Source: Planctomycetota bacterium
GTDB lineage: Bacteria > Planctomycetota > UBA11346
Length of the DNA: 55,137 nucleotides
Reading direction: 5' to 3'
NCBI GenBank assembly: GCA_038213805.1
Contig: JBBQSO010000030.1
Coordinates: forward strand, 1-55,137
Part shown: piece by piece, positions 46,501-55,118 of the stretch
How the letters are laid out: the number at the start of each line of letters is the position of its first letter
How positions within the stretch are numbered: position 1 is the first letter of the stretch
Notes under the pieces: model-generated
Database searches by the model: none
Told to the model about the DNA's origin: nothing
What the model saw: only the letters and a program-made list of their open reading frames with translations
Program-made: the position numbers and the translations under genes

Positions 46501-47013
46501 GTTGGGATGGGCCATCGGCTTGAACGACCAGAACTCGCGACCCTTCTCGAGGGGCGGCGACACCAGCTTGGCCGGACCGCTGGCCACCACCGTGGCGCTA
46601 CGCGGATCGGGCGCGCCCATCTTCACCCACTGTTCGAGCAGCTTGATCTGCTCGTCCTTCAGCTTGCCGTCCGGAGGCATCTCCATGTCCTTGTCGACAT
46701 AGCGCACGGCGGTGATGAGCGGGCTCTTGTCCGGCTCCCCGGGTTTGATCACCACCCCGCTATCGCCGCCCTTGGCGAGCGCCGGCTTGGAATCCATCTC
46801 AAGGCCGCCCTTATGCTTGCCCTTGACCGCGCTGTGACAGCTGAAGCAGTTCTCGGCGAGGATCGGGCGGATGTTCTTCTCGAAGAACTCTGCGCCGGCA
46901 GCGTCCTCGGCGGCCATGGCGCAGGTTCTGCCTCCCACCAGCAGTAGCATGGTAGCCATCATGCCGAGGGTGCGGCGCAGGCCGGTCGTAGAGGCGGAGC
47001 GGTCGGTGGTCAT
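43600..47013 (-). CDS. Planctomycete cytochrome c / DUF1549 (PSCyt2) / DUF1553 (PSD1) protein with an inserted CBM-like module
   Basis: CxxCH motifs 'CFSCH' and 'CARCHDHK'; 'DLLGLPPT', 'YGERWGR.WLD', 'HPLTARV.ANRVW', 'PTHPELLDWLA', 'RRLEAE.IRD'. Confidence 0.93.
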   Translation of the reverse strand: MTTDRSASTTGLRRTLGMMATMLLLVGGRTCAMAAEDAAGAEFFEKNIRPILAENCFSCHSAVKGKHKGGLEMDSKPALAKGGDSGVVIKPGEPDKSPLITAVRYVDKDMEMPPDGKLKDEQIKLLEQWVKMGAPDPRSATVVASGPAKLVSPPLEKGREFWSFKPMAHPNPPAVKAQAWVKSPLDRFVLARLEAAGMQPAPEIDKRGFIRRATFDLLGLPPTPQEVDAFLADASPKAYDTLVDRLLAAPQYGERWGRYWLDLVRYSDSNGLDENLAYGHAWLYRDYVVRAFNADKPYDRFLTEQLAGDLLPPAKDNQQLVDQIAATGFQVLGPKMLAEHDNEKLVMDVVDEQIDVMGKAMLGLTLGCARCHDHKFDPVPTKDYYALAGIVKSTAILGNQGGLAKWNEHDVASVEQIRAAEAWKSDAKKRQEALDATSSAAQREVVDTLRARTADYLLAAGAVTHDGIAVEAEAFARGNLRIDSSTYGSADTTIVHTAAAGQQFAEYDLTVPSAGRYLLETRYAAGDERGMRVLVGGAVVITDAFKATTGGFSAKEQAWRDIGEITLPAGKAVLRFERDGDIPHLDKFVLHALSANGAAPTTADGLDAGVLRSWSTFLSRGHSDRFLAVWNAYAKVPADAFASKSAEIADKLEKSPESAVSPLALELLKPAPPASRAELAERYQAWIAGVEVLTSVDLAVEAKDANNTKKAKRKKDKKDKDAKEGANEKEAKELSALQHALFAAGGPLFLDGAGLEARFPDAVKKQLTDERAALADMEKSKPAPFDRAMSVNDQNIVDVPVHIRGSTQNLASTKEPRGFLHVTDNLVKPLAIPGKSSGRLELAQWMTSAEHPLTARVMANRVWLGHFAEGLVRTPSNFGLRGELPTHPELLDWLARNFQEHGWSIKALHREIMRSSAYRMASTYREDYATKDPENRLLWRQNRRRLEAEPIRDSILVAAGRLDLTIGGSLLDTKNGDYVTNDQSNNKARYSELRRALYMPIIRNAMYDLFTAFDYSDPSVPIEKRPSSTIPHQALWLINSPFAIEQSGAFAERVAKLHPDDERAQVGEAYRIAYGRPAAPAELDRALKYLASVRALATAPPAVGGKMELKPTVASTLRPLQSLCQILIASNEFLYID

Positions 47014-47139
47014 GGGCGGGTGCTCGGCATGCGGTCGGTACGAGAGGGTTGGTAAGTCTACCCTGTGGGCCGCACCCGCGACCGTCGATCCCGGGTGGGC
47101 GTCGACAGCGCGGCGGTCCTGGCACGAGTGTCTACTGGG

Positions 47140-47285
47140 AACCGTGTGATCTGTTTATATTAACTCTAAAGCCTCGCGCGATCGGATTTGGATACACACC
47201 AGTTGGCGCCCAAACGCTATCGGTATGGCTTAAAATGTACTTAAGTAACTGTGAAAACTAGTTTTATGATTCAAGTAAATGGCTC
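47140..47285. promoter_or_regulatory. AT-rich regulatory region with palindromic sites upstream of the DUF1549/DUF1501 operon
   Basis: Clear GC drop; perfect palindromes TACTTAAGTA (47238-47247) and AAAACTAGTTTT (47254-47265). Confidence 0.5.
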
Positions 47286-47330
47286 AGCGACACGCCGTGC
47301 TCGACATCCCACCCCATTCCGAGCGTCGCT

Positions 47331-49265
47331 TCAGGATTTCGCCTCGTAGGCCCGCCCCTGCCGCTTCTCGACGTAGTTGACGAAGGCGCGGTTGGCGACG
47401 CGGTAGCCGCCCGGCGTCGGGTAGTCGCCCGTGAAATACCAGTCCCCGGTGTGCCCAGGGATGGCCCAGCGCAGACCGGCCACCGTCTGGAAGACGATGC
47501 GTACTTCGCCGTCCCAGGTCAGGTCGGTCGGGCGCACGAGCTTGGCGATGCGCTCGGATAGTTCGTCGTCGCTGAACGGTTCGTAGATGCGTTTCACGTG
47601 ATTGATGGACTCGGGCCTGGCCTTCGCCTCCTCGGCGATGCAGGCGCGATACACATCGTCGATCAACTGCCCCTGACCGCGGTCGCGCAGCAGGGTGACG
47701 GCGGCCTCAAAGGCGACGAAGCGGCCGAGCTCGCTCATGTCGATGCCATAGCAGTCCGGGTAGCGGATCTGCGGCGCGCTCGACAGCACCACGATGCGCT
47801 TGGGCTCGAGGCGCGAGAGCATGCGCAAGATGCTCTGCCGCAGCGTGGTGCCGCGCACGATCGAATCGTCGATCACCACCAGGTTGTCCTCGCCCGGGCG
47901 CAGGATGCCGCGAGTGATGTCGTAGGCGTGGCTGACCAGTTCGCCGCGGTCATCGTCGCCGCTGATGAAGGTGCGCAGCTTGGCGTCCTTGAGCGCGGCT
48001 TTTTCCTGCCACGGGCGCACCGCCAGGATCTGGCGCAGCACGTCGGTGCCCAGGGTTCCTGCCTGCTGATGGCGCAGGATCTCCTGCTCCTTCCACTCCG
48101 CGAGGTGCGCCTCGAGGCCCTCAAGTAGGCCGTAGTACGCCGATTCCGCGGTGTTCGGGATGTAGCTGATGACCGCGCGCGCGAGGTCGAAGTCGATGGC
48201 CTTGAGCAGCGCTGGCACCAGCTCGCGGCCCAGCGCCTTGCGCTCGCGGTAGATGTCGGCGTCGTTACCGCGGCTGAAGTAGATGCGTTCGAAGGTGCAC
48301 GAGCGGCGTTCGGCCTGGGGCAGGATCTCGACCTCGCTCGCCCAGCGCCCCTCGACCGGCTGGTGGTTGATGACCAGCGCGGCACCGGGCGTGACCTCGC
48401 GCACCTGATCGTTGCGCACGTTGAAGCAGGTCACCAGCGCGGTGCGCTCGCTCGCGACCGCGACCACCTCATCATCCTCGTACCAGTAGCCGGGACGGAT
48501 GCCGTTGGGGTCGCGCAGCGCGAAGGCGGCGCCGTGGCCGACCGCCCCGATCATGAAATAGCCGCCGTCCCAGGCGCGCGCCGCCTTGCGCAGCACGCGC
48601 GCCAGGTCGAGCTCGTCGCCGATGCGCTTGGCCAACTCGTCGCCGTCGAGCTTGCCGGCGTACTTGCGCACCAGCGCCTCGTTGGCGACGTCCAGGAAGT
48701 GGCCGATTTTCTCCATCACCGTCGAGGTGTCGGCGGAGCCGATCGGGTGCTGGCCCATCTTGACCAGCATGCCGAAGATCTCTTCGGTGTTGGTCAGGTT
48801 GAAATTTCCGGCGACGCTCAGGTAGCGGCTGCGCCAGTTCGAGGCGCGCACGTAGGGGTGGCAGACCTCGGTGGAGTTGCCGCCGTGGGTGCCGTAGCGC
48901 AGGTGGCCCAGGTACAGCTCGCCCAGCCACGGGTAGTGGCGCATCAGGGCGGTCTCATCGGCGCTGCCGATCTTGAGGTCGCGCACCAGGCGCGCGAGAT
49001 CGTCGTGGACGTGGCGCCACAGCCGGTCGAGGCTGTTCGGCCCGCCTTCGCGCTGGCGGTGGAAGTACTGTGAGCCCGGCGCCGAGTGCTGCTTGAGCAC
49101 GCCCAGCCCCGCGCCGTCCTGGCCGCGGTTGCGCTGCTTTTCCATCAGCAGGTAGAGCTTCTTCAGGCCCCACAGCGGCGTGCCGTGGCGCTCGCGGTAG
49201 TAGGCGAGCGGCTGTTTGAGGCGCACGATGGCGACGCCGCATTCGTGTTTGATGTCGTCGCTCAT
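47331..49265 (-). CDS. purF: Amidophosphoribosyltransferase (long type)
   Basis: Propeptide 'MSDDIKHE|CG', 'NRGQDGAG', 'GHLRYGT', 'RDPNGIRP', 'CTFERIYFSR', PRPP motif 'VVIDDSIVRGTT', 'FTGDYP'. Confidence 0.94.
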   Translation of the reverse strand: MSDDIKHECGVAIVRLKQPLAYYRERHGTPLWGLKKLYLLMEKQRNRGQDGAGLGVLKQHSAPGSQYFHRQREGGPNSLDRLWRHVHDDLARLVRDLKIGSADETALMRHYPWLGELYLGHLRYGTHGGNSTEVCHPYVRASNWRSRYLSVAGNFNLTNTEEIFGMLVKMGQHPIGSADTSTVMEKIGHFLDVANEALVRKYAGKLDGDELAKRIGDELDLARVLRKAARAWDGGYFMIGAVGHGAAFALRDPNGIRPGYWYEDDEVVAVASERTALVTCFNVRNDQVREVTPGAALVINHQPVEGRWASEVEILPQAERRSCTFERIYFSRGNDADIYRERKALGRELVPALLKAIDFDLARAVISYIPNTAESAYYGLLEGLEAHLAEWKEQEILRHQQAGTLGTDVLRQILAVRPWQEKAALKDAKLRTFISGDDDRGELVSHAYDITRGILRPGEDNLVVIDDSIVRGTTLRQSILRMLSRLEPKRIVVLSSAPQIRYPDCYGIDMSELGRFVAFEAAVTLLRDRGQGQLIDDVYRACIAEEAKARPESINHVKRIYEPFSDDELSERIAKLVRPTDLTWDGEVRIVFQTVAGLRWAIPGHTGDWYFTGDYPTPGGYRVANRAFVNYVEKRQGRAYEAKS

Positions 49266-49285
49266 GGGCGGCGCTCCGCGCCGCT

Positions 49286-49313
49286 GCTGATGGCTGATGG
49301 CTGATGGCTGATG
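49286..49313. repeat. Heptamer tandem repeat (GCTGATG)x4 between serS and purF
   Basis: Read directly. Confidence 0.9.
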
Positions 49314-49368
49314 GTGCGTGGCGCCGCTGCCGCCACGGAACCAGGACGACCGAAGTCGCGCACGCGCG

Positions 49369-50643
49369 TCATCGTGTGATCCTCTCCAGCCCACCCAGGT
49401 ACGGCCGCAGCACCTCTGGGACGACGACCGAGCCGTCCGCCTGCTGATAGGTTTCAAGCAGCGCGATCAGGCAGCGCGGCAGGGCCAACCCCGAGCCATT
49501 GAGGGTGTGCAGGAACTGCGGCTTGTCGCCCTTCTCCTTGCGGAAGCGCAGGTTCGCGCGGCGCGCCTGGAAATCGCTGAAGGTCGAGCACGACGAGACC
49601 TCGAGCCAGCTGCTGGTGCCGGGGCTCCATACCTCAAGGTCATACGTGTGGCAGGAGCCGAAACCGGTGTCGCCGGTGCACAGCTCAAGCACGCGGTAAT
49701 GCAGGCCAAGCCGCTGGAGCAGGACCTCGGCATGGCCGCGCAGCGCGAGCAGGTCGGCGTCGCTGCGCTCTGGCGTGGTCAGGCACACGATCTCGACCTT
49801 GTCGAACTGGTGCACGCGCGTCATGCCGCGCGTGCCAAGGCCGGCCGCGCCGGCCTCGCGGCGGAAGCATGGGGTGTGGGCGGTGTAGCGCCGCGGCAGC
49901 ATGTCGGCGTCGAAGATCTCGCCGGTGTGGAGGTTGGTGACCGGGACCTCGGCGGTGGGGATGAGCAGCAGCGCGTCGTCGCGGCAGGCGTAGAGCTGAT
50001 CGGCGAACTTGGGCAGCTGGCCGGTGCCCTGCATGGCCTGTGGGCTGACCAGCAAGGGCACCGCGAGCTCGGTATACCCGTGTTCAAGGGTGTGCACGTC
50101 CAGGAAGAACGAGACCAGCGCGCGCGACAGCCGCGCACCGGCGCCCTTCAGCACCACGAAGCCAGATCCGGAAAGCTTGCTGCCGCGCTCGAAATCGATG
50201 ATGTCCAGGGCTGGGCCGATGTCCCAGTGCGCCTTGGGCGCGAAGGCGAAGGATGGCTTGGCGCCCCACTGCGCCGCGACCTTGTTCTCGCTGCTGTCGC
50301 GGCCGACCGGCACGCTCGCCTGGCAGGGATTGGGTAGCATCATCAACTCGTCTTGCAGCGCACCCTCGCGCGCGACGCGACTCTCATCGATGGCCTTGGC
50401 CTGATCGCCGAGCTTGCGCGCACGCTCCTTGGCGGCGTCGATGTCCTGGCCGGTGCGCGCCGCCTGGGCGATGGCCTTGCTTGCGGCGTTCAGTTCGGCC
50501 TTCACCTGCTCGGACTGGGTCTTGAGTTCGCGCACCGCGGCGTCGAGTGCGAGCAGGCCCTCGACGTCGATGCTCAGGCCGCGGTCGAGCCACGCCATGC
50601 GGAAGAAGTTCGGGTCCTTGCGCAGCTGGACGAGATCGATCAT
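49369..50643 (-). CDS. serS: Serine--tRNA ligase
   Basis: N-terminal coiled coil, 'GTGQLPKF', 'LIPTAEVP', 'CFRREAG', 'RVHQFDKVE', 'EVSSCS', 'HTLNGSGLA'. Confidence 0.97.
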   Translation of the reverse strand: MIDLVQLRKDPNFFRMAWLDRGLSIDVEGLLALDAAVRELKTQSEQVKAELNAASKAIAQAARTGQDIDAAKERARKLGDQAKAIDESRVAREGALQDELMMLPNPCQASVPVGRDSSENKVAAQWGAKPSFAFAPKAHWDIGPALDIIDFERGSKLSGSGFVVLKGAGARLSRALVSFFLDVHTLEHGYTELAVPLLVSPQAMQGTGQLPKFADQLYACRDDALLLIPTAEVPVTNLHTGEIFDADMLPRRYTAHTPCFRREAGAAGLGTRGMTRVHQFDKVEIVCLTTPERSDADLLALRGHAEVLLQRLGLHYRVLELCTGDTGFGSCHTYDLEVWSPGTSSWLEVSSCSTFSDFQARRANLRFRKEKGDKPQFLHTLNGSGLALPRCLIALLETYQQADGSVVVPEVLRPYLGGLERITR

Positions 50644-50808
50644 GGGGCTTTCGGAGCACGTTCGTGACGGCTGGCGGCGGGCGCGACTGAGGCGTGCCCC
50701 ACCCGGGCAGATCGGGAGTTTATGGCAGGATGCGTTCGGGCAAGGGGAGCACCGGGCGCACCTCTGCTGCTCCCTTCCCCACCCTGGGTTGGGCGCGATG
50801 CTGCGCCG

Positions 50809-51444
50809 ATGACCACTCCGGACCCCACAACCACCGCCCTCGCCGCCGCCCGCGCCGCCCTCGCCGCCGCCCACGCCCGCGACCCGGAGCGCGTCGGCGA
50901 GGCCATTCCCGAGGCGCGTTATGCCGACGCCGTCGAGGCCTGGGTCCGTCGCCTGGTGCCGGCGCCGGGCACCGCGCTCGCACTGGCCGCGCGCGCCCAG
51001 CACCTCGAACGCTGGGCCATCCCACGCGCCAGCTTCCCCCAGGACAAGCCTGGCTACTTCGCCTGGCGCCGCGCAGTGCACAAACGCCAGGGCGAGCGCG
51101 CCGGCGCCCTGCTGCTGGACGCCGGCTGCCCACCCGAACTGGCCGCGCGCGTCGACCAGCTGGTGGCCAAGGCCGCCCCCAAGGACGATGCCGAGGGTCA
51201 GGCCCTTGAGGACGCTGCCTGCCTGGTCTTCCTTGAGGCAGAGCTGGGCGGCTTCGCCACCGCCCACCCCGACTATACGCGCGAGAAGCTGATCGACATC
51301 ATCCGCAAGTCTTGGCGCAAGATGAGCCCGGCCGCCCATGAGCTGGCGCTGACCATACCACTCGCGCCGGCATTGAAGGAGCTGGTGGTGGCGGCAGTTT
51401 CAGGATCAGACGCGAAACCCGAGTCCCGAGACCCGAGACTTTAG
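50809..51444 (+). CDS. DUF4202 domain protein
   Basis: 'LAARAQHLERW.IPR..FP....GY..WR', 'Q.LED.ACLVFL', 'IIRKSWRKMS'. Confidence 0.88.
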   Translation: MTTPDPTTTALAAARAALAAAHARDPERVGEAIPEARYADAVEAWVRRLVPAPGTALALAARAQHLERWAIPRASFPQDKPGYFAWRRAVHKRQGERAGALLLDAGCPPELAARVDQLVAKAAPKDDAEGQALEDAACLVFLEAELGGFATAHPDYTREKLIDIIRKSWRKMSPAAHELALTIPLAPALKELVVAAVSGSDAKPESRDPRL

Positions 51445-51644
51445 ATCGTGGCGCGGTGGTGCGCGCACGCTCGATGTCGCGGATGGGTTCCGAACCTCCG
51501 CATCACGCCACCCGTCTCATGCATAACATCTCGTCTCCGGTGTTCAGGGCCTGGGCTCTGGGGTCTCCAGCCGCGAAACCGCCGAACCCGCTGCTAACAT
51601 CTGCGGTCACGGCTGCGTTTCCCATGCACCCCCAAGGAGACCCC

Positions 51645-52742
51645 ATGCCCAAGCTCCGCTCCCTCCTGCCCGCCCTGGCCCTTGCCGCCCTGGCAGGCGC
51701 CGCCCAGGCCCGCGAACAGTGGACCACGGAAGTCGCAGACGCGTGGTACGCCAAGCAGCCGTTCATGGCGGGGGCCAACTACGTGCCGCGCACCGCGATC
51801 AGCGAACTGGAGATGTGGCAGGCCGAGACCTGGGATCCCGGGACCATCGACCAGGAGCTGGGTTGGGCCGAGGGCCTCGGCTTCAACGTCATGCGCGTGT
51901 TCCTGCACAACATCCCGTGGGACACCGACCACAGCGCCTACCTGCAGCGCATCGAGGACTACCTCGTGATCGCCGACCGTCACCACATCCGCACCTTGTT
52001 CGTGCTCTTCGACTCCTGCTGGGACGCCAATCCCAAGCCGGGCAAGCAGCCCGAACCCAAGCACAACGTACACAATTCCGGCTGGGTGCAGGCGCCCGGC
52101 CGCGCCATCCTCTCCGATTCCGCGCAACACGACTCCCTCAAGGGATACGTCGAAAGTATCATCGGCCACTTCCGCGCTGACCCGCGCATCCTGCTCTGGG
52201 ACCTGTTCAACGAATACGACAACGGCGACGTCAAGGCTGAGGGCTACGACAAGCCGGCACGCGCGCTCGAGCTCGCCACCAAGACGCGCACCTGGGCCCT
52301 GGCCCTCGACCCGGTCCAGCCGCTCAGCATCTGCATCTGGGCCAACCAGGAGGCCCCGGTCGAGAAGCTGAGTCCGACGCAGCGCTTCGCGGTCACCATG
52401 TCGGACGTGAACACCTTCCACACCTACACCGACCTGGGCAAGACTCAGCGCATCGTCGCTGCACTGCGCGCCTACCACCGGCCACTGATCTGCACCGAGT
52501 ACATGGCGCGCCCGACCGGCAGTACCTTCACCGCCATCCTGCCGTACTTCAAAGCCGAGGGCATCACCGCGATCAACTGGGGATTTGTCGACGGCAAATC
52601 GCAGACCAAGTTCCCGTGGGATTCCTGGCACAAGCCCTACCCCGACGAACCGGTCCCGTGGTTCCACGACGTGCTGCGCGCAGACGGCACCCCCTATGAT
52701 GCGCAGGAGGCCGTCGTCATCCGCAGGGCGATGGGGAAGTAG
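51645..52742 (+). CDS. Secreted clan GH-A (GH5-like) glycoside hydrolase
   Basis: AAGGAG RBS; signal peptide; 'GANY.P', 'GFN.MRVFLH', acid/base 'WDLFNE', nucleophile 'ICTEYMAR'. Confidence 0.88.
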   Translation: MPKLRSLLPALALAALAGAAQAREQWTTEVADAWYAKQPFMAGANYVPRTAISELEMWQAETWDPGTIDQELGWAEGLGFNVMRVFLHNIPWDTDHSAYLQRIEDYLVIADRHHIRTLFVLFDSCWDANPKPGKQPEPKHNVHNSGWVQAPGRAILSDSAQHDSLKGYVESIIGHFRADPRILLWDLFNEYDNGDVKAEGYDKPARALELATKTRTWALALDPVQPLSICIWANQEAPVEKLSPTQRFAVTMSDVNTFHTYTDLGKTQRIVAALRAYHRPLICTEYMARPTGSTFTAILPYFKAEGITAINWGFVDGKSQTKFPWDSWHKPYPDEPVPWFHDVLRADGTPYDAQEAVVIRRAMGK

Positions 52743-52748
52743 GGAGTG

Positions 52749-52806
52749 GCTGACAGCTGACAGCCCATCAGCCATCAGCCATCAGCCATCAGCCATCAGC
52801 CATCAG
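52749..52806. repeat. (GCTGACA)x2 + (CATCAGC)x~6 between convergent genes
   Basis: Read directly; CATCAGC is the reverse complement of GCTGATG, so the two blocks can form an imperfect hairpin. Confidence 0.9.
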
Positions 52807-52817
52807 GGCTGCCTCCA

Positions 52818-53282
52818 TCAAGCGCCGGTCTTGCTGTTGTTGCGCACGATCACCGTGGTCGCCTGCCTCTTGCCCGAGGGCAGGAAGCGCGCGAGCGAGC
52901 GCACGAACGCCACCAGTTCGCTGTGCGCGTGCGGCTTGACCACGTAGTCGCTGATGTCCCACGGCTCGCAGGACTCCTGGTCCGCGGCGCTGTCCGAGCC
53001 GGTGAGGATGACCACCGGGACTTCGCGCGGGCCGTAGGCGTTGCGCACGACCTGCAGCAGCGTGGCGCCCTGCAGGCCGGGCAGGGACAAGTCGAGAACG
53101 ATGATCGATGGCAGGTCGGTGCCGGCGTAGTGGCCAAGCCGGTTGAGGCGCATGACCGCCTCTGGGGCGCTGGACACATGGGTGACGCGCACCTCCATCC
53201 CGCTTGCCGCGACCGCACGGTCGAAGAGCGCCCGATCGTCGGCTGAGTCCTCGATGAGGAGGATTTCGGGCAATGATGGCAT
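52818..53282 (-). CDS. Single-domain response regulator (receiver)
   Basis: 'ILLIEDS', phosphoacceptor 'VLDLSLP', 'ILTGS', 'YVVKP'. Confidence 0.9.
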   Translation of the reverse strand: MPSLPEILLIEDSADDRALFDRAVAASGMEVRVTHVSSAPEAVMRLNRLGHYAGTDLPSIIVLDLSLPGLQGATLLQVVRNAYGPREVPVVILTGSDSAADQESCEPWDISDYVVKPHAHSELVAFVRSLARFLPSGKRQATTVIVRNNSKTGA

Positions 53283-53434
53283 GAATCGGCTCCTGCGGGT
53301 CGCCTCTGGTATAGGCGATCAGCCTAGGGCGGATCAAGTGCGTTCACCCCGGAATGAGAGCCGCGTACAAGGTCGCGGCGCCTCGCAACCCCCTCACAGC
53401 GCTGTGACGACGATTTCCAGTCAGGACGGGGTGA

Positions 53435-53475
53435 CGACATGGCGCAGCCGTCATTTCAGACGCCACGCCATGTCG
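53435..53475 (-). terminator. Hairpin downstream of tRNA-Leu
   Basis: CGACATGGCG / CGCCATGTCG 10-bp stem with an inner CGTC/GACG helix; no clear U-tract. Confidence 0.4.
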
Positions 53476-53483
53476 CGCAGGTG

Positions 53484-53569
53484 TGGTGCCCAAGGGGGGA
53501 CTCGAACCCCCATACCATTGCTGGTGACGGATTTTGAATCCGCTGCGTCTGCCATTCCGCCACTCGGGC
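53484..53569 (-). tRNA. tRNA-Leu(CAA)
   Basis: Minus strand GCCCGAG...CTTGGGC-A-CCA; anticodon arm GCGGA-TTCAAAA-TCCGT; long variable arm; GGTTCGAGTCC. Confidence 0.96.
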
Positions 53570-53659
53570 CGCGGCGGAGGTTCTAGGTTGCGCGCGATGT
53601 TTGCAAGTGCGGGGGCCGAGGGCCGCGGACCCCTCATTCGGGTCGCGGCCCTGCTTCCA

Positions 53660-54988
53660 TCACTTCGCGACGATGGTCAGCACGTGCTGGACCGGCACCA
53701 CCGCTGCGGCGACGGCGGCCGCGAGCGGGGCGCGCTCGGCCTCGGTGCGCGCGACGGCGGCGGCGAGGTCCTTCTTGCCCTCCTCGCCGTGGAAGACCTC
53801 CTTAACCTGCTTGGTCTCGTACTCCTGCTTGGTACGCACCGCCTCGTCGACCTTGGCGAAGGCCGCGCTGAACGGATTGACGATGAAGTCGTCCGCCAGG
53901 TTGACGCCGGCGGCCAGCTGCTCGGCGCTGTACTCATGGGACTCTGCGCCCCAGGTGACCGTGTAGGCCTTGGCGCTGCCGCCCTTGGCGACCAGCATCA
54001 AGCGGTTGAGGTCGTGGTTGAATGGCACCAACGTCATACCCGAGCGGATCGAGCCGTCCTGGTCGAGAGCACCGGTCGCGCAGAAGGGATAGCGCGTGCT
54101 GGTCAGGTGCAGCTCGCCCCCACTGGCGCTGGCGACAGTGTGACCGGCGCTGGCGGTGGCCTTGCCGGCGGCCAGGTCCCAGGTGATGGTGCCGATGTCC
54201 CCTGAAAGGCCCATCGCGTGCAGGTAGGCGTAGGCCATGACCACGTGGCCGGCCCAGCCCGGATGCACGCCGTCGCCGCCGGCGACGTTATAGTTCGCGC
54301 CGTACTTGTCGTGCGCAGCGTACGCGCTGGTCAGCATCGGCCAGAACACGTCGGCGAAGCGCGTGCCCTCCTTGGCGGCGAGGGCGACGTCGGCGTTGCG
54401 CAAGCCCAGCAGGCTGACGTTGAGGTCGTCGACGGTGCCATTGGCGGTCTTGACCCAGCCCGGGACCTTGCCGACGCACCCAGGTGAACCGAGGATCACG
54501 CGCACGCCGGCCTTGGTGAAGGCGCGCACCACGTCGCCGTAGTGCTGCACGTAGGCGGCCAAGATCTGGTCGTCGTGCGGGACGTACCGGAAATCGTTCA
54601 TGCCATAGCAGAGCGTGGCGATGGTCGGCTTGAAGCGCAGGCAGTCGCTCTCCTGACGGTGACTGAAGCCCTCCGCAGTTTCACCGCTCCAGCCATATTG
54701 GCGCGCAGAGATGTCCAGCTCTGGGGTGCACGCGGTCAGGTAGGTCTCGATGATGCGCGAGTACATCTTCTGCTCGGTGATCGAGTCGCCGACGATCGCC
54801 AGGCGATCGCCCTTCTGCAGCGCGAGCGCACCGACCTTGGGCGCCTTGACCGCATCGAACTTGACCAACGCATCGCCTGCCGGCTTGGGCTCAAACTCCG
54901 CCGCCGGCATAGCTGCCGTGATCAACAAGGCCGCGGCAAGGCCGCGCAGGATGGGGGTGAGCAGGCGAGGCAGGAGAGTGGCGGGCAT
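53660..54988 (-). CDS. Secreted SGNH/GDSL hydrolase family protein
   Basis: Signal peptide; 'GDSIT', 'GWSG', 'YGMND', 'DGVHP'. Confidence 0.9.
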   Translation of the reverse strand: MPATLLPRLLTPILRGLAAALLITAAMPAAEFEPKPAGDALVKFDAVKAPKVGALALQKGDRLAIVGDSITEQKMYSRIIETYLTACTPELDISARQYGWSGETAEGFSHRQESDCLRFKPTIATLCYGMNDFRYVPHDDQILAAYVQHYGDVVRAFTKAGVRVILGSPGCVGKVPGWVKTANGTVDDLNVSLLGLRNADVALAAKEGTRFADVFWPMLTSAYAAHDKYGANYNVAGGDGVHPGWAGHVVMAYAYLHAMGLSGDIGTITWDLAAGKATASAGHTVASASGGELHLTSTRYPFCATGALDQDGSIRSGMTLVPFNHDLNRLMLVAKGGSAKAYTVTWGAESHEYSAEQLAAGVNLADDFIVNPFSAAFAKVDEAVRTKQEYETKQVKEVFHGEEGKKDLAAAVARTEAERAPLAAAVAAAVVPVQHVLTIVAK

Positions 54989-55037
54989 GGGGGGGGACCT
55001 TGGGAGGGAAAGAGGAAGGGGAAGCAGGGGGCGGGAG

Positions 55038-55118
55038 GGTGCGAGGTGTGAGGTGCGAGGTGCGAGGTGCGAGGTGCGAGGTGCGAGGTGCGAGGTGCGA
55101 GGTGCGAGGTGCGAGGTG
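55038..55118. repeat. Heptamer tandem repeat (GGTGCGA)x~11.5
   Basis: Read directly; one variant unit GGTGTGA; upstream of the SGNH gene and near the window end. Confidence 0.93.

Noticed and set aside
47247..47274. dif-like site (AACTGTGAAAA-CTAGTT-TTATGATTCAA) or oriC in the AT-rich patch
   Set aside because: Only a partial XerD-arm match and a poor XerC arm; no DnaA boxes seen.
49266..49368. Purine or ZTP riboswitch upstream of purF
   Set aside because: The spacer is mostly the GCTGATG array; no aptamer consensus.
49369..50643. Functional link between serS/tRNAs and the MenT-like toxin
   Set aside because: They are about 24 kb apart with unrelated genes between; proximity is probably coincidental.
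37031..55118. Tandem repeats as a CRISPR array
   Set aside because: Units are 7-8 bp with no spacers, and there are no cas genes.
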